A program made the position numbers and the translations under genes. The notes under the pieces were generated by a model. It searched no databases. It saw only the letters and a list, made by a program, of their open reading frames with translations, and was not told where the DNA came from. Source: Marsupella aquatica (Eukaryota > Plantae > Marchantiophyta). Taken from it: DNA of 64,000 bases. The stretch covers positions 21,825,619 through 21,889,618 of the forward strand of contig OZ316892.1 of NCBI GenBank assembly GCA_973895155.1. The letters run 5' to 3'. Shown in pieces: positions 1 to 12,547 of the stretch (positions are counted from its first letter, which is position 1; each line of letters begins with the position of its first letter).

Positions 1-3000
1 CAAACCGAATGTTGCGAGCAAAATCCATGGAGTGCATAAGTCTTGTTGGCATGGCTGTTGGAAAGGATAAGTTCAGAGATGATGCAAAGCAGGTGTGTCC
101 CAATGGTTCTTTTCGATCTTGTACCTATGCTTGACTCGAATGTGTAATCTGTTTTACCTTTGTTAGGTGATCACTTCAAAAAGGGTATATTGACTACTAG
201 AACCACATTCCCGCTTTGATAGCTCGCACTCTGTTTACCTTCTGAGTTTGAATAGGCATATCATTCCTACTTCGGAGTTTGAATTAGAGTATCACTCTTC
301 TGATTTAGGTTTCTTAGGTAATGTACTTGAGAGCTTCAATACAGAAGTCTGAATTATTTCCAGACTCTCACCCCATTACACTGTAATCTTCATTTATGTT
401 TGAAGTTCGAGACGTTTTTCTTGCTCAACGCTTTCCTCGGTCAGATCTTCCTGTCAATTAGAAAATCTCCAGTCATTCTTCCTTACCATATAAATTAGGA
501 GCGAGTGTGCCTTGTTCGTTCTGCAGAGTGTGAGCCCTATTCTGATGACAACCTCTTCCCGGACCGATTTTGTGCAGGTCATGGATGTGCTTATGTCTCT
601 CCAAACGGTTCAAATGGACGACGACGATCCAACAATCAGCTATATGCTTCAGGTGGAAAATCGATTATGGCAGCGCTCTGTTTCTTTAGTGTTCTTGTCG
701 TTGTGGTGGGTTGGGTGAAGTTGCGGTGGGGTGGGGGACAGCTTATTATGGAGAATTTCGTTCACCTCCTAGAAGTGGAACTTCATTAATAGAGGTCTGG
801 GATAACGCTTGGGAAACAGAGTAGACTCAAGACTGTAATTTTGTTTTGATGAGTGTCTCTGGCGCTTCTGATGATGGTCGGTCAGATAGAAGCACCATAT
901 TGTTGATATGAGTTTCAGCTTAGCGGCTTCTCCTGTCATTGGCTTTTGCTGGACACAGGCTTGGGCTCGGCTTTGCAAGTGTTTGGGACAGGAATTTCTG
1001 CCCTACATGAGTGTTGTGATGCCTCCGTTGCTCCGCTCAGCTCAACTCAAGCCCGATGTGACTATAACTGACGCAGATTCTGATGATGATGGAAATGATA
1101 CAGATGATGACAGGTAACTTCACTCAGGCATCTCAGGAAACTGAGAAATGATGATTATTTGCTTTGAGAAAACCTGCTGTAGAGCAAAATGATTTAGTTG
1201 AATGGCACTGTAACTGACACATGTTTTGCTTCTTGTCAAGTACTGTAATGTCGTATTAGTGTAAGGAGTAAAATGATACACTCAGTTTATTAGAAAGATG
1301 GAGGGATGCGCTATTTAAGTTCACATGCCACAGAAGGCTGGTTTGTTTGTTGCCGAGTTTTGTATAATTACGTGGGCCACCGTAGGTAATTAAGTGCTTG
1401 CTCCCAGTGTGAGTGCTGTGCAATGTTTTTACTCTGGCAAGTCCAATGCAGTGTTGAGACAATAACCGTTGGCGATAAGAAGATTGGAATTAGAACAAGT
1501 ATTTTGGAAGAGAAAGCAACGGCCTGCAATATGCTTTGCTGCTACGCCGATGAGCTCAAGGAAGGGTTTTATCCATGGATTGATCAGGTTCGCTCAAGTT
1601 TATCCCATCTCTTTATGTCATTTATTCTGTTTCCCATAGCACCGAGCTCAAAACTCAATAAGCTTACGTCACAGTAGCTAATCGAGTGGTGGTGAGTGAT
1701 GTGCCAGGTTGCTCCTATCCTGGTACCCCTCTTGAAGTTCTACTTCCACGAGGAAGTTCGGAAAGCTGCTGTATCAGGTAATCGATTTTAAATCTGGGTT
1801 ATTAAAACATGTTTCACGGTAGTGGAACTACTATCATAGTCTTACCTTTTTGCAGCTTGTCTTGAGTTTTCCCGGGGAAGGTTCAAGCGTGAGAATTGAT
1901 GATATTATTTCGTTTTCTGCCCAGTTGTTTTTTTTTGGCATATATTAGTTTTGATGCTATGTTATTTAAATGATGATAATCGCGTGCCCTGCCTCTAAAC
2001 AATTGAATCCATTTGTCTGTGATTGTAGAAAATTGGTATCTAGGTGCAATTTTGACTCTCTGTTTCTGTTGCAGCTATGCCAGAGTTATTAAGATCAGGC
2101 AAGCTGGCAGTGGAGAAGGGACAAGCACAGGGGCGAAATGAAATATATGTGAAGCAGCTTACTGACTATATTGTTCCTGCCCTTGTAGAAGCTCTGCACA
2201 AAGTATGCGACTTCCTAATCAAGCCACTTGCTCTGGAAACATTTCCTTCTGACTAAGGAGGTTGCAGAAAGCTTTACGTGTTGGTTTATTTGTGGAACTG
2301 CATGAAAAAGTATCACTTACATTCTAGTGCTTTTCATTGTTGTCAATCCAGGAACCCGAGACAGAAATCTGTGCAAGTATGCTGGATGCTCTTAATGAGT
2401 GTATCCAGGTACCGGAATATTATGAGTTCCGTTAAAAGCTTGCTAATATGTCTTTTCATCACTTTCTTGACCCCAATGGTACCCACGATCCGTGCCAAAA
2501 CCGAGAAGTTGTAATGACTAACGCCGATTTATCATTCTAGTGATGGTTTGTCAAAGTATTTACTCGCTCTAGCTTGAAGCGTTTTGTTACTTGTAGGAAA
2601 TGTCGTCAGAGGACTTCTTTTTAGTTCTGTTGAATGATTCTGATATGCTTTCTGTGAAGTGCAGATCTCTGGGCTTTTGCTAGATGCGGGGCAAATTAAG
2701 ACAATTGTAGATGAGTTCAAACAAGTAATTACGGCTAGTGGCTCCAGAAAGAAGGAGCTCGCCGAACGAACTAAAACGGAAGATTTTGATGACGAGGAAG
2801 GGGAGCTACTTGAAGAGGAAAATGAGCAGGAGGAGGAAGTCTTTGATCAGGTATTGCTAACACGTTTTGCGCTGAAGGAATTCCCCAATGACGTTGATTG
2901 TTGTGAAGACAATGGTGGGATTAGGGGGCAACTCATATTTTGTTTTGTGAAGAGGCTGCGATAAGGGCGTCGGAGACCTAAAATCAGAGACGGATGAGAA

Positions 3001-5307
3001 ATTCGTACTTTCCTATCGTCTCATGGTTACAAGATTCGGTACCTAGGTCACGTGTTGAAGTCAGGCTAGTCCAGTAGTCGATGGGTTTGCAGCTGTAGTT
3101 TACGTAAATGTGGAGTCTAAGGGACTTCTCAACAGCGGCTGGAGGAAGAGTTACATCCGGCTTTTTCCTTTCGTAGACAGGATGGTGAGGCAGTTCATGA
3201 ACTAGTAGAGGTGAACGATACAAACTGAGGCTAGCTATAGTCTGTGCATTTCAATTGAAGTAAATTTTGAGGTGTGGTCGAAGCATATCCCTTCTGAAGT
3301 AGGGTTGGAGGAGTTTTGATTGGGCTTGCTTTGTTTTGTGCAGGTGGGAGAATGCCTTGGGACCTTGATCAAAACTTTCAAGAATCCTTTCTTGCCCTAT
3401 TTCGAAGAACTGATTATCTACATCACTCCAATGCTGGTAGGGAAGCTGCAACAGTCTTGGGTTACCTCCTGTGTAGTTTAGAAGTCAAGTTTCAACGTTG
3501 GAAATAATTTGGGGGCTGTATTTGAAGCCTTGAGTCTCTGCCCTGAAGATGAATATTTTATTCTTTTCATAGTGCTTGCGTGTCTTTTGATTAATTCACT
3601 CTCTGGGCTGGTCTTGCGCCAGGGAAAGGATCGGACTCCAGAGGAGAAACGGGTGGCCATTTGCATATTCGATGATGTGGCTGAGCAATGTCGTGAAGCT
3701 GCAGTCAAGTAACAAGCCTGTCCTTTTCCTCGTTGTATGAGATTTTTTTGTTAGTTGCGTGACAAAGCCTACTCTACAATCGCATTCTGTATTCTGGAGG
3801 AGAGGAGGACCCCTCTCATTTCTTCTTCGTACTGTGTTTCAGGTACTATGATACATTCCTGCCGTTCCTTTTGGAAGCTTCTACCGATTCAAATGCAGAT
3901 GTTCGGCAGGTGTGTTCACATGCTTGTTGATGACTGCTTCTTCTGTGTCTTTGGGTTGGAGTCTATTGCTAGGAAAAATTTGCATGTATTGATTTTCTAA
4001 TTGTCTTGCAGGCATCGGTGTATGGGATTGGAGTTTGTGCTGAATTTGGTGGGGCCAAGTTCAAACCCGTAGTAGGAGGTTAGTGAAAATGAACAAATCT
4101 GGAGCATTTTAAGGTTATCTGCATCGTTCATCGTTTTTTGCTTTAGGGTGAAGCTGAATGTCTGTTGTAAATGTTTTGACTTGAAACAGAGGCATTAGCC
4201 AGATTGAATGCAGTGGTGAGTCAACCTTCTGCTGCTGCACCAGACAATATCATGGCTACTGATAATGCCGTGTCTGCTCTGGGGAAAATTTGCGAGTTCC
4301 AAAGAGACAGCATCGATGCAGCACAGGTCTGAGAACAGCCTTCCAGATTTCTTACGCACCTGGGAAGAAGTTCTTCATCTATGTCAGTACCCGAGGGTTG
4401 CATCTGCTTAGTTGACGGAACATGCCACGCTCATTTGTTGGTAATTGTCAAACTCGGAAGGGTCCATCAATGTTGATAGATTCATTCATTCTTTGTTTCT
4501 ATTGTACAGGTCGTACCTGCCTGGCTGAGTTGTTTGCCTTTGAAAAACGATCTTGTGGAGGCAAAGATTGTACATGAACAACTTTGTGTTATGGTCGAGA
4601 GGTATGCGATCGTTTCTCGCTTCTTATAGAACGGCTGTAGTTCATTCATTCTAAGAGATCTACATCTTACTACCAGTGCAACTCTAAACCTTGCAAAATG
4701 CATTCCAGCTGGGTAGTGTCATTTCCGTTGGGAATCGTGAGGCGGGTTAGTTGAAAGATCTTGATCGCACACAGTGATACTAAAGTGAAAACTTTCAGTT
4801 AAGCAGTTGCCTAGTGCCGTACTTTTGGCCTTAGTTTTTCTGATCGGGTTTGTGGAGTTATTGATTATGTGCTTTATTTCTTGCTCAGGGCTGATCCTCA
4901 ACTTCTTGGTCCCAGTAATCAATATTTACCAAAAATTGTTTCAGTTTTCGTGGAGGTAATTGCACCTAACGATTTAAGCTTCTCAGGTTGTCTATGTTAC
5001 TTCGTCAGTCCTATAGGGCCCTTCTATATTGTAAGCTTTAGCGTCATCCCGTTCGCGTGTTTGAGGTCCCACGGCATGTTTGATGGATGCCCGCCTTCCA
5101 CATATCGCGTCTGACACTGACTGTATATTGTAGGTTTTGGTTGCTGGCACACAATTGGCTTCTGAGCAAACAGTAGCTCGTATGGTTAGCCTTCTCCGTC
5201 AGTTGCAACAGTCATTATCTCCCGAGGCACTTGCATCTACTTGGTCATCTTTGCAACCCCAACAGCAAGTGGCTCTGCAAACAATTTTGTCTCAAGCCCC
5301 TAATTGA
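1..5307 (+). CDS. IMB3: Importin-5 / importin beta-3 (karyopherin beta, HEAT repeats); 3' part, 5' end lies outside the window
   Basis: GT-AG exons join in frame: <1-92, 578-652, 959-1113, 1452-1587, 1708-1777, 2075-2202, 2352-2408, 2665-2850, 3344-3436, 3623-3708, 3843-3909, 4012-4078, 4190-4326, 4510-4601, 4889-4955, 5134-5307 (TGA). Peptides [81 protein letters not shown] and [13 protein letters not shown] are characteristic of the importin-5/Kap121 family. Confidence 0.95.
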
Positions 5308-6539
5308 GCATTCTCTGGAGCTGAAAGATGTGATTCTCAAAAGTGGTAGACAGAGAGAATCACCAAAGGGAATGAAGGTATCAATTATTCATTTTCATCA
5401 GAGTTCCAAGTTCGTTGCTTTCATTGGTTGGGAATAAAATTTGTGAAATATATGGAGATTGCTGATTTGCCAGCTTTCCAGTGCCCTTTCCGCATCGTCA
5501 GGAGATGGTAATATTGGAGAAGCAGATTGAATAGATGGTATACTTTTATCATTAAAGATGTAGACAAGACTAGTGTAGATTCCTTGACATTTTTTCCCCG
5601 CATAGTATATGCTGGTGATATGTGTAGTGGCGTCGGACGTAGCTTTATCAGCTTGCCAACCTGGGAGATGAATGGTTATAACTGAGCGTCTTTCATGGTG
5701 ATGGAACCAGTTGTAATGCAACTTGTTTGCGCGTTTTGCTCAAAACGAAGAGTTTTTCTACTGCCAGGTTGTGGAGTTACAAAAGAGTTAATGAAGTATC
5801 TGCTGGCCATTTCTTGGTCATGCAAAAGATTTTGTTCAGCTTAGTACGTGCAGCTGCTCTGCAGTACGATGCTTATGGTAGAGATCTGGCTATACATTCA
5901 GGCTCAGTTCAGGTGATTTGTATGTCCATGCAGGTTCTTTTCATTGGAAGTTATGCCAAAGCCTGTGTACTAATTTGTATACAAACTGATCATTTGTTTT
6001 TGGATTTTGTGCATGATATTATGATTTTTGTGAATGTTGCAGTCATGATAGTGCCTTGCTTGTAGTGTGGATTTTATCCTTATGGAAGTTCTTAACTCCT
6101 CTAACTGAGTTTTGAAAGTAATCTCGCCATGAGGGTCATTTGGGATCTGGACGATTTCCTTAATCGTTGGTTGCAACAAGCGTCAATTATTTCGTCACCA
6201 AATCAGATTAAGACCTGGAACCGGAGGCAATCTGAGCTGAGACCTAGGGATCAATTGCAGATCTGCCCTAAACTAAGGCCAGCTTAGGGAGGATGAAGAA
6301 GATGTTGAGTAGAAGCTGCTGTTTGCAATTTTCGTACAATTTAGTTACCATCCATGGACATGTAATTGCAAAAAGCTTCCCAGATTTAATGGCAATTGTA
6401 TATTTAGGGGCCGCTATCTCTTGTTTTATATTTAGTCACAACTACCCACACTTGAACCTTGGATGGACCCAAGCTTGCCCATGGATATGCCTCGATGGGC
6501 AAGCACGTTTCTGATAAACAGATGAAATATTTAAGCTTA

Positions 6540-7362
6540 CTTACATAGCACCCTTGCAATTGCCTTTTACACTACTGCTGGCTCCCAAGATGGACATATG
6601 AATTGCCTCTTTTCTCATTTAAATGAAGCAGTAGGGTTCTTTAAGTAATAATTTGGAACTCTTCCATATCATGACAATGGAAGGTTGGGAGTTACATGAT
6701 GCATAGCTTGGATGTACACAAAATGTTCCCAGGGATACTTGGATGGACAAGCACAACCGTGATTACAAATGTAGTATCTAAAATATCCAGTTTACAATAT
6801 TGTCTTTTACACTACTGTTCCCAAGATGACATGTAAGTAGTTTGTATTCCCATTCAACTTAAGTAGTTTTAATCCCTTAGGTACAGTAATTGTTTGAACT
6901 TCCACTTCATAACATCTAAGGTTCTGGGAATTATAGGACAAGCAAAATTCATGTGTACACTGGAGTTGAGTTCCCTTGGTTACAGTAATTACTTACACAT
7001 CCATATCATGACAGTGTAAGGTTCTGGGAGTTACATAACGCAGTAAAGTTCGTGTGCTCCCTTGGTTACAGTAATTTTACACATCCGTATCATGACAATA
7101 TAAGGTTCTAGGAGACATCCCTATCATGACAATATAAAATTGTAGGAGTTACATAACACAGTAAAGTTCCTGTGTCCACCTGCATTGCAGTGCCAAACCT
7201 TTATCTAATTGGTTTACATTTCCATACCATGACAAATTAGTTGGAGGACCCCTTGGTTATTGGTTACCATGACAAATTAGTTGGAGGATCCCTTGGTTAT
7301 GTAAATTTGGGTTATTGGTTACCATGACAAATTAGTTGGAGTATCCCTTGGTTATGTAAATT
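6540..7362. repeat. Degenerate nested tandem repeats
   Basis: A ~240-bp duplication (CTTTTACACTACTG...CCCAAGATG near 6564 and 6804). Motif CATATCATGACA.T..AAGGTT..GGGAGTTACAT recurs near 6665, 7002, 7086 and 7120. CATGACAAATTAGTTGGAG.A.CCCTTGGTTAT occurs three times (~7228, 7268, 7323). Confidence 0.75.
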
Positions 7363-8191
7363 TGTTTTATTGAATTATTTGAAGTCATGATGAGTTGCAC
7401 ATTAGAAATAGATAGATGAGAGGACAAAAATTAAATGTAGTGTTCTAGATGAAGTGAAATTTAAAAGTAGTTAGGAAAATTTCATTGAAAATAATATAAG
7501 TTCATCGTGGTAAAACCAAGGGTAATTTGCCAAACAAAACATTTCCCAAGTACTCTTATGTCTATACAATACATATAACCTTCCATATAGTTCATGCAAA
7601 CTATTATTACTTTGTCTATAATAAGCAGTTGCATGGTATTGGCCCTTTCCATTGGAGCATCATTTTCCTTTCTTCTTTTTGTGTAAGTGTCCTGGCATTT
7701 TAATTTTTTTGCAGCTTTTCACTATATGGCCATTAAAAATGTTCAAATTTACAGACTGTTTTCATTGTATTTATAAATATGCAAAAATTTTGGTATATGG
7801 TTACCATGATTAGGTTGATGAGGTTATAGTCCATATAGGAAAGTATGACATATTTGTAAATACATTCAAATTTACAATATTGATCAGTGTTTTTAGTGTA
7901 ATTATAAATATGCCACAATTTTGGTGTTTAACCTATTGATGAACTTGAAGTCCATATAGGAAAGGATAGGAAAGGATGACATATTTGTAAACACAACAAA
8001 TATGGTGGCAGTATTGTCATTTAGAATGCAAAGTACTTAAAAGCTGAATTTTCTTGTCCCATGTGAACCTTTTCTTCATCTTTTTGTGTAGCTTTTGTGG
8101 CCCTTTATAAATTTACAGTGTGTGGTTGATTCAGTTGCCTTTGCGATTCCCATGGAAATAGATTGAGTTCTCTTTGGAACACCGAGAAGCG

Positions 8192-10937
8192 ATGGCGATG
8201 GCGGTGTGCTCGTTCAGAATTCGAGCGGATCCTCGCTCCGTCCGCTTGCACGACGAACGCACGTTGTCGAGAAGCTGTCCTCGAACATCAGTTCATCTTT
8301 CCAGTCTTCGATCACGCATTCGGGAAAATTCTCTACATTTTCAGAGCGCCTCTTGTGATTCTCGACTATGGAGGAGTCCTCCAGAGAAGGCGCGGTGCGG
8401 GCCGAGGGGAAGTGCTTTCGCCAATGCGGCAACGGCTTCCACCAATGCCGCCGTAGCTTCTGTAAGTTGGTTGATTCCACTTCTTCTCTGCTGTCGTTGG
8501 AACCTCCTTTTGCTTTCGTGATGTCTCATTTGGTCGCGGATGGCTCTCCTTTCGTGATGTTTCTGTAGATGCGGGTTGCGAGGCTTCGTTTTCAACGAGC
8601 ATTAACTTGAGGATTGTTTGAATCGGTAGCGGGTAGCTCTCCTTTGCGATATTTCTGGAGATGGCGTCGCGAGGCTTTATTTTCAATGACCACTAGCTCG
8701 AGGATTGCTTGAATCGGTCGGCAAGGGTGATAAGTTTTCAACGCTTTTAGATGCAGAAATAGAAGGATGTCGTCCCAAAACTGAAGAAGAGTCTTCTCAG
8801 GAAGTGTGTCCAATCGTCGTATTTTCCTGATGACCGGTTACTGAGCTGAATTTCGATGAAGGAATGGGATTAATCTTCTTGTCCTTTGACTTGGTGGAAG
8901 ACTATTCTTAAGCAGAGAAATGCGGCCATAGGAGCCGCTGATCAACGTGTTGTGATTTAGAGTTCCGGTATTTAGAATGGATGACGACATTCGATGTAGA
9001 TTCTCCTCTGACGCGGAGGATCGATGTCTGTTGTGGAAGGAAACAACTCTCTAGCGTTTGAAATAGCCCAGACCAGAACTTGTCTGTCTCTGTCTGCATA
9101 GACAGCATTTACCGATCAATTCGTTTCGTAAGGTGGCCGTGTTTTGACCTCAAGTCATACGTTTTTGAATTCTGCAGATCAAAAATCTTATGTGGATTGT
9201 GTACAGCTCTGAGTACCTGCCATAGTTGGTAACATTTTTGAGTTGGTGCTTTAAAATGCTGTAAATGTGGGAGAATAGATCATATTGCACATCATTCTCT
9301 CTTCCCCCAATTGCGAGAACCTTCCAGTGAGAGCAATTTTGTGCAATTGCGGGATTGGACCCCAGCTTTTAGTGTAGAGACGCGAAAGAATGCGACCATT
9401 CGTGAAATATCATTGCCACACTTTGTGCGAGTGATCAGTTACTCATTCTTCTTCTTCTTCTTCTTCTCCGTTGACGGTGCTGGGTGCAGGCAGCTGCGCT
9501 CAACCTCCAAGATGTTATTCCTACGTCCGTGATAGCAGCAACTCCGGTCCTTCTCGGTGCCTTGGTACCAGTGGTGTTCACGATGTATCTTTCAAAGAAG
9601 CTGAACCTCGGCCTAAAGAAAGAAATTCAGGTGGCCGTCTTCCGCGCCACAGCTCAATTGTCTGCACTTGGTTTCGCCTTGAAGGTGGTATTTGAGGGAC
9701 AGAATATTGGGTTGAGCGTCTTCTTCATGACGATCATGGTAAGCCAAGTTTTCTCCACTGATTACACCTTTTCATTCGTTTACTGGTTGTAGCTTATATG
9801 CAAAGACCTTACAAGAATAAGACGTAAGATTCCTCGTGCTGGAATGCTATGTACTGTACACGGCGTGAACCCCTTTGAAATCTCAGACAGTGGTAGCAGT
9901 AGAGCGTTCTTCAAATTTACGTGGAGTCTTCACAAATCGTTTTGATTTCATTCAATTTATACTCGCTGTAGTCATCATTGCTGTCATGAAAGATCTGCGA
10001 TTTTGAATTTTAGGTTGGATGCAGCAAGTGTAGTGGTTTAAGCGCAGAGAGTTGTCTGTCATGGAGTACAGATTGTTGTAGCTGGCCAGACGTCTGGAGA
10101 GAGATCAAAGCTACTACCACGAAGCAAGATCGTTTCTACAGCGGCTCTTGTTGGAGGCGCTTTTACCACGCTTTGGTTGATGGTGTTGCTAAAAGTGTTC
10201 CCTATGGAACCGAAGTACATTATTCCTGCGACGGCTTTCTTGGTCGGCAACTCTATGACTGTGGTGGCGATCACTTTGAGTTGTATTCAGCAAGAAATTT
10301 ACACCCACAGGAAGGAAGTGAGTAACAGAAATGCATTTCCCTGTGCTTTGGCTTCTGTTTGGTGAGCAAGTCTGCCTTGTATGTAGTCATCATTCTTCTG
10401 AAAACCAAAGCACAGAACAGTAATACTCTTTCAAAACACGATACGTTCTCGATCCACTCGAAAAACTTCGCGAACCGCACTGCACGCTGAATAAAGTGCA
10501 GTGCGGGAATTCGGGCCTTGCAATGGCTATCTGAATTACTGTGCTACTGGCGTTTTACGACTTTCAAAAGGGTAGTCACGGTCAGAGGCTGGGAAGGTGC
10601 AATTGCTTGAACCTCTCCACTGATTGTTTCGCAGATTGAAGCAGCGTTGGCGTTAGGGGCCACGCCACAGCAGGCCATAAATGAGTATTTGAGACTGTCT
10701 CTCATTCGGGGCTTGGGTCCCATATTCGATCACATGAAAGTTTCCGGGTTGGTAACCCTTCCTGGTGCAATGACAGGGATGTTAATGAGCGGTTCTCACC
10801 CTCTAGAAGCTGTGAAATCCAGCCTGGTTTTGCTCTATATGCTCGTGGGAGCTGCCTCTCTATCTGGCGTGATTGGAGCTCAGCTCGGGTGGCGCTCCCT
10901 ATTCTCCAATTCATTACAGCTCGTTCAAACTTTGTGA
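8192..10937 (+). CDS. ALS3: ALS3/STAR2-like ABC transporter permease (UPF0014/FetB family) with N-terminal transit-peptide-like extension, ~355 aa
   Basis: Exons 8192-8461, 9490-9738, 10072-10317, 10635-10937, all phase-0 GT-AG introns. Motifs RATAQLSALGF, EPKYIIP...VGNSM, IEAALALGATP and GLVTLPGAMTGMLMSGSHPLEAV match ALS3/STAR2. Exon 1 is Ser/Arg/Ala-rich and is the least certain exon. Confidence 0.88.
8543..8722. repeat. Two-copy ~93-bp diverged tandem duplication in ALS3-like intron 1
   Basis: GCTCTCCTTT...GATGTTTCTG.AGATG...GCGAGGCTT..TTTTCAA.GA...GAGGATTG.TTGAATCGGT starts at ~8543 and again at ~8636. Confidence 0.8.
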
Positions 10938-11459
10938 CTGATGCAGCATGTTCTCCAATTTATCGATGAGCACTCTCCTTCAGGCTCTTACGTGATCCAT
11001 TCTTATGCGGCAAGGGCCACATGACCAATGCCTGCACCTGTATCTTCGCAGTAATCCTTGTACAATATCATAGAGTCGAGGTGCGTTCTGTAAAGTTCTT
11101 TGTAAATAGAGATGCCGAAAGGTAGTCTGAAGGGAATCAGAGATATTTATCTTGGGTCAAATAGTACAGGCTTCAAAAGTTTAGGAAGTGACTTGTTCAC
11201 TAATTTGTACATCACCTTAACATGTAAATAAGACTTGAGTACGACGCGATTACCATGCTGTTTGACATAATTATGATCAAGCGAAAACTCTTTCTGTCGT
11301 TAAACTTTGTGAAACAGGGTCCGCTTTTATCTCGATCTTCGAAAAGCTATCACTACAGCGAAAATGAGGAATGCATTCTGTACTTCTGATCTTGTTCCAT
11401 CAAAGGAAGAGGATGATTGCCCCGTACCCAACCAATCGTTTCTTAGATTCTTGCCGATT

Positions 11460-12240
11460 GATAGCTGACCCAGTGTGGGATACGTGTAGTACAATCTAAC
11501 GCATCCACTGAGGTCACATTATTTTTCTACCTGAAATGGTCTCCTTGTGTCTCTGCTTGTCTCTGCCTTTGGTCTGTCAAGTGAAAGTAACCTTCTCAAT
11601 TCGTTGAACTCAGAGGTCGAGTATTGCTGCTCTACTTGGTCGCATGTCCCGGTCGGGAACAATTGATTCAGTATTTCTCAGGGCCTGAAGCTACAATAGC
11701 ATCTTCTTTATGGAAAGGGCCCGAAGGTGTATGACGAGAGAGCTTTGTGTTTGGGAACGGGACAGAAGGTCGTGTAAAACTGCCAGAGAATTGAAGTTCT
11801 CCAAGATGCTTGGGACGCACCGGAGCGAATCGGCGAATCCTGCGTGCATTCTCAATCCCACTCGAACTTGGAGCACATACCCTAACAGATCGAACTCCTT
11901 TTCGACACGGTCTCCTGCTCGGTCTTTTGAAGTGTGTTTGTGCCCAATTGGAGAATGTCAGAAGAAGATGAAAGCTAGCAGAATCTCTGCTGCAAGAAGG
12001 ATCAATCTTGAAAGAGATTAACATGCACCAGTTTCAAAACGACACTGAGCTTAGGTCGTCCGGACGTACAGAAAAGCCTCCAGCTTAGGATTTCGCAGCT
12101 GATTTGAAGACTTCTAAGATCTTGCAGTGGGTCTAAGACCTCATTCTCAGGTAACTCTTCCTCATCCGTAAGTGTACCATTCCCGGGTCTCATCTATCCT
12201 TGATTCGAAGTCCCACTCCAGACCTGTGCACTTTCTGCTT
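11460..12240 (-). pseudogene. Possible decayed leucine-rich-repeat (NLR-like) gene fragment
   Basis: Minus-strand fragments in different frames resemble LRR units: EVLDPLQDLRSLQIS, SLRCVPSILENFNSLAVL, LRALSIKKM, CDLSGCVRLYYTYPTLGQL. There are many stops and frameshifts, and the similarity is by eye only. Confidence 0.3.
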
Positions 12241-12547
12241 CAGGCTTTCAGGCGTTCAGGCTCTTTGACATCGATATCAATCTGGCCAAGCTAAAGTGTC
12301 GATTACTTGCGGCCTGATCCAATCTGGTGAGAATTTCTTACCCTGCTCTATGTATCGCATACGGTGCTTTCAGTTGATGGCATCGACCTGATCACATTTT
12401 ACGAATTGCGTAGCTGCAATGAGAGATTCAGAGATTTTTGGCTACAGCGAATATCTCTCTACTGAGGTAGAACTTTCGGAAAAATTGTGCAATTTGTGAA
12501 AAATTGTGCAATTTGTAACTATCTCCAAAGAAAAATTCAGAACACGC

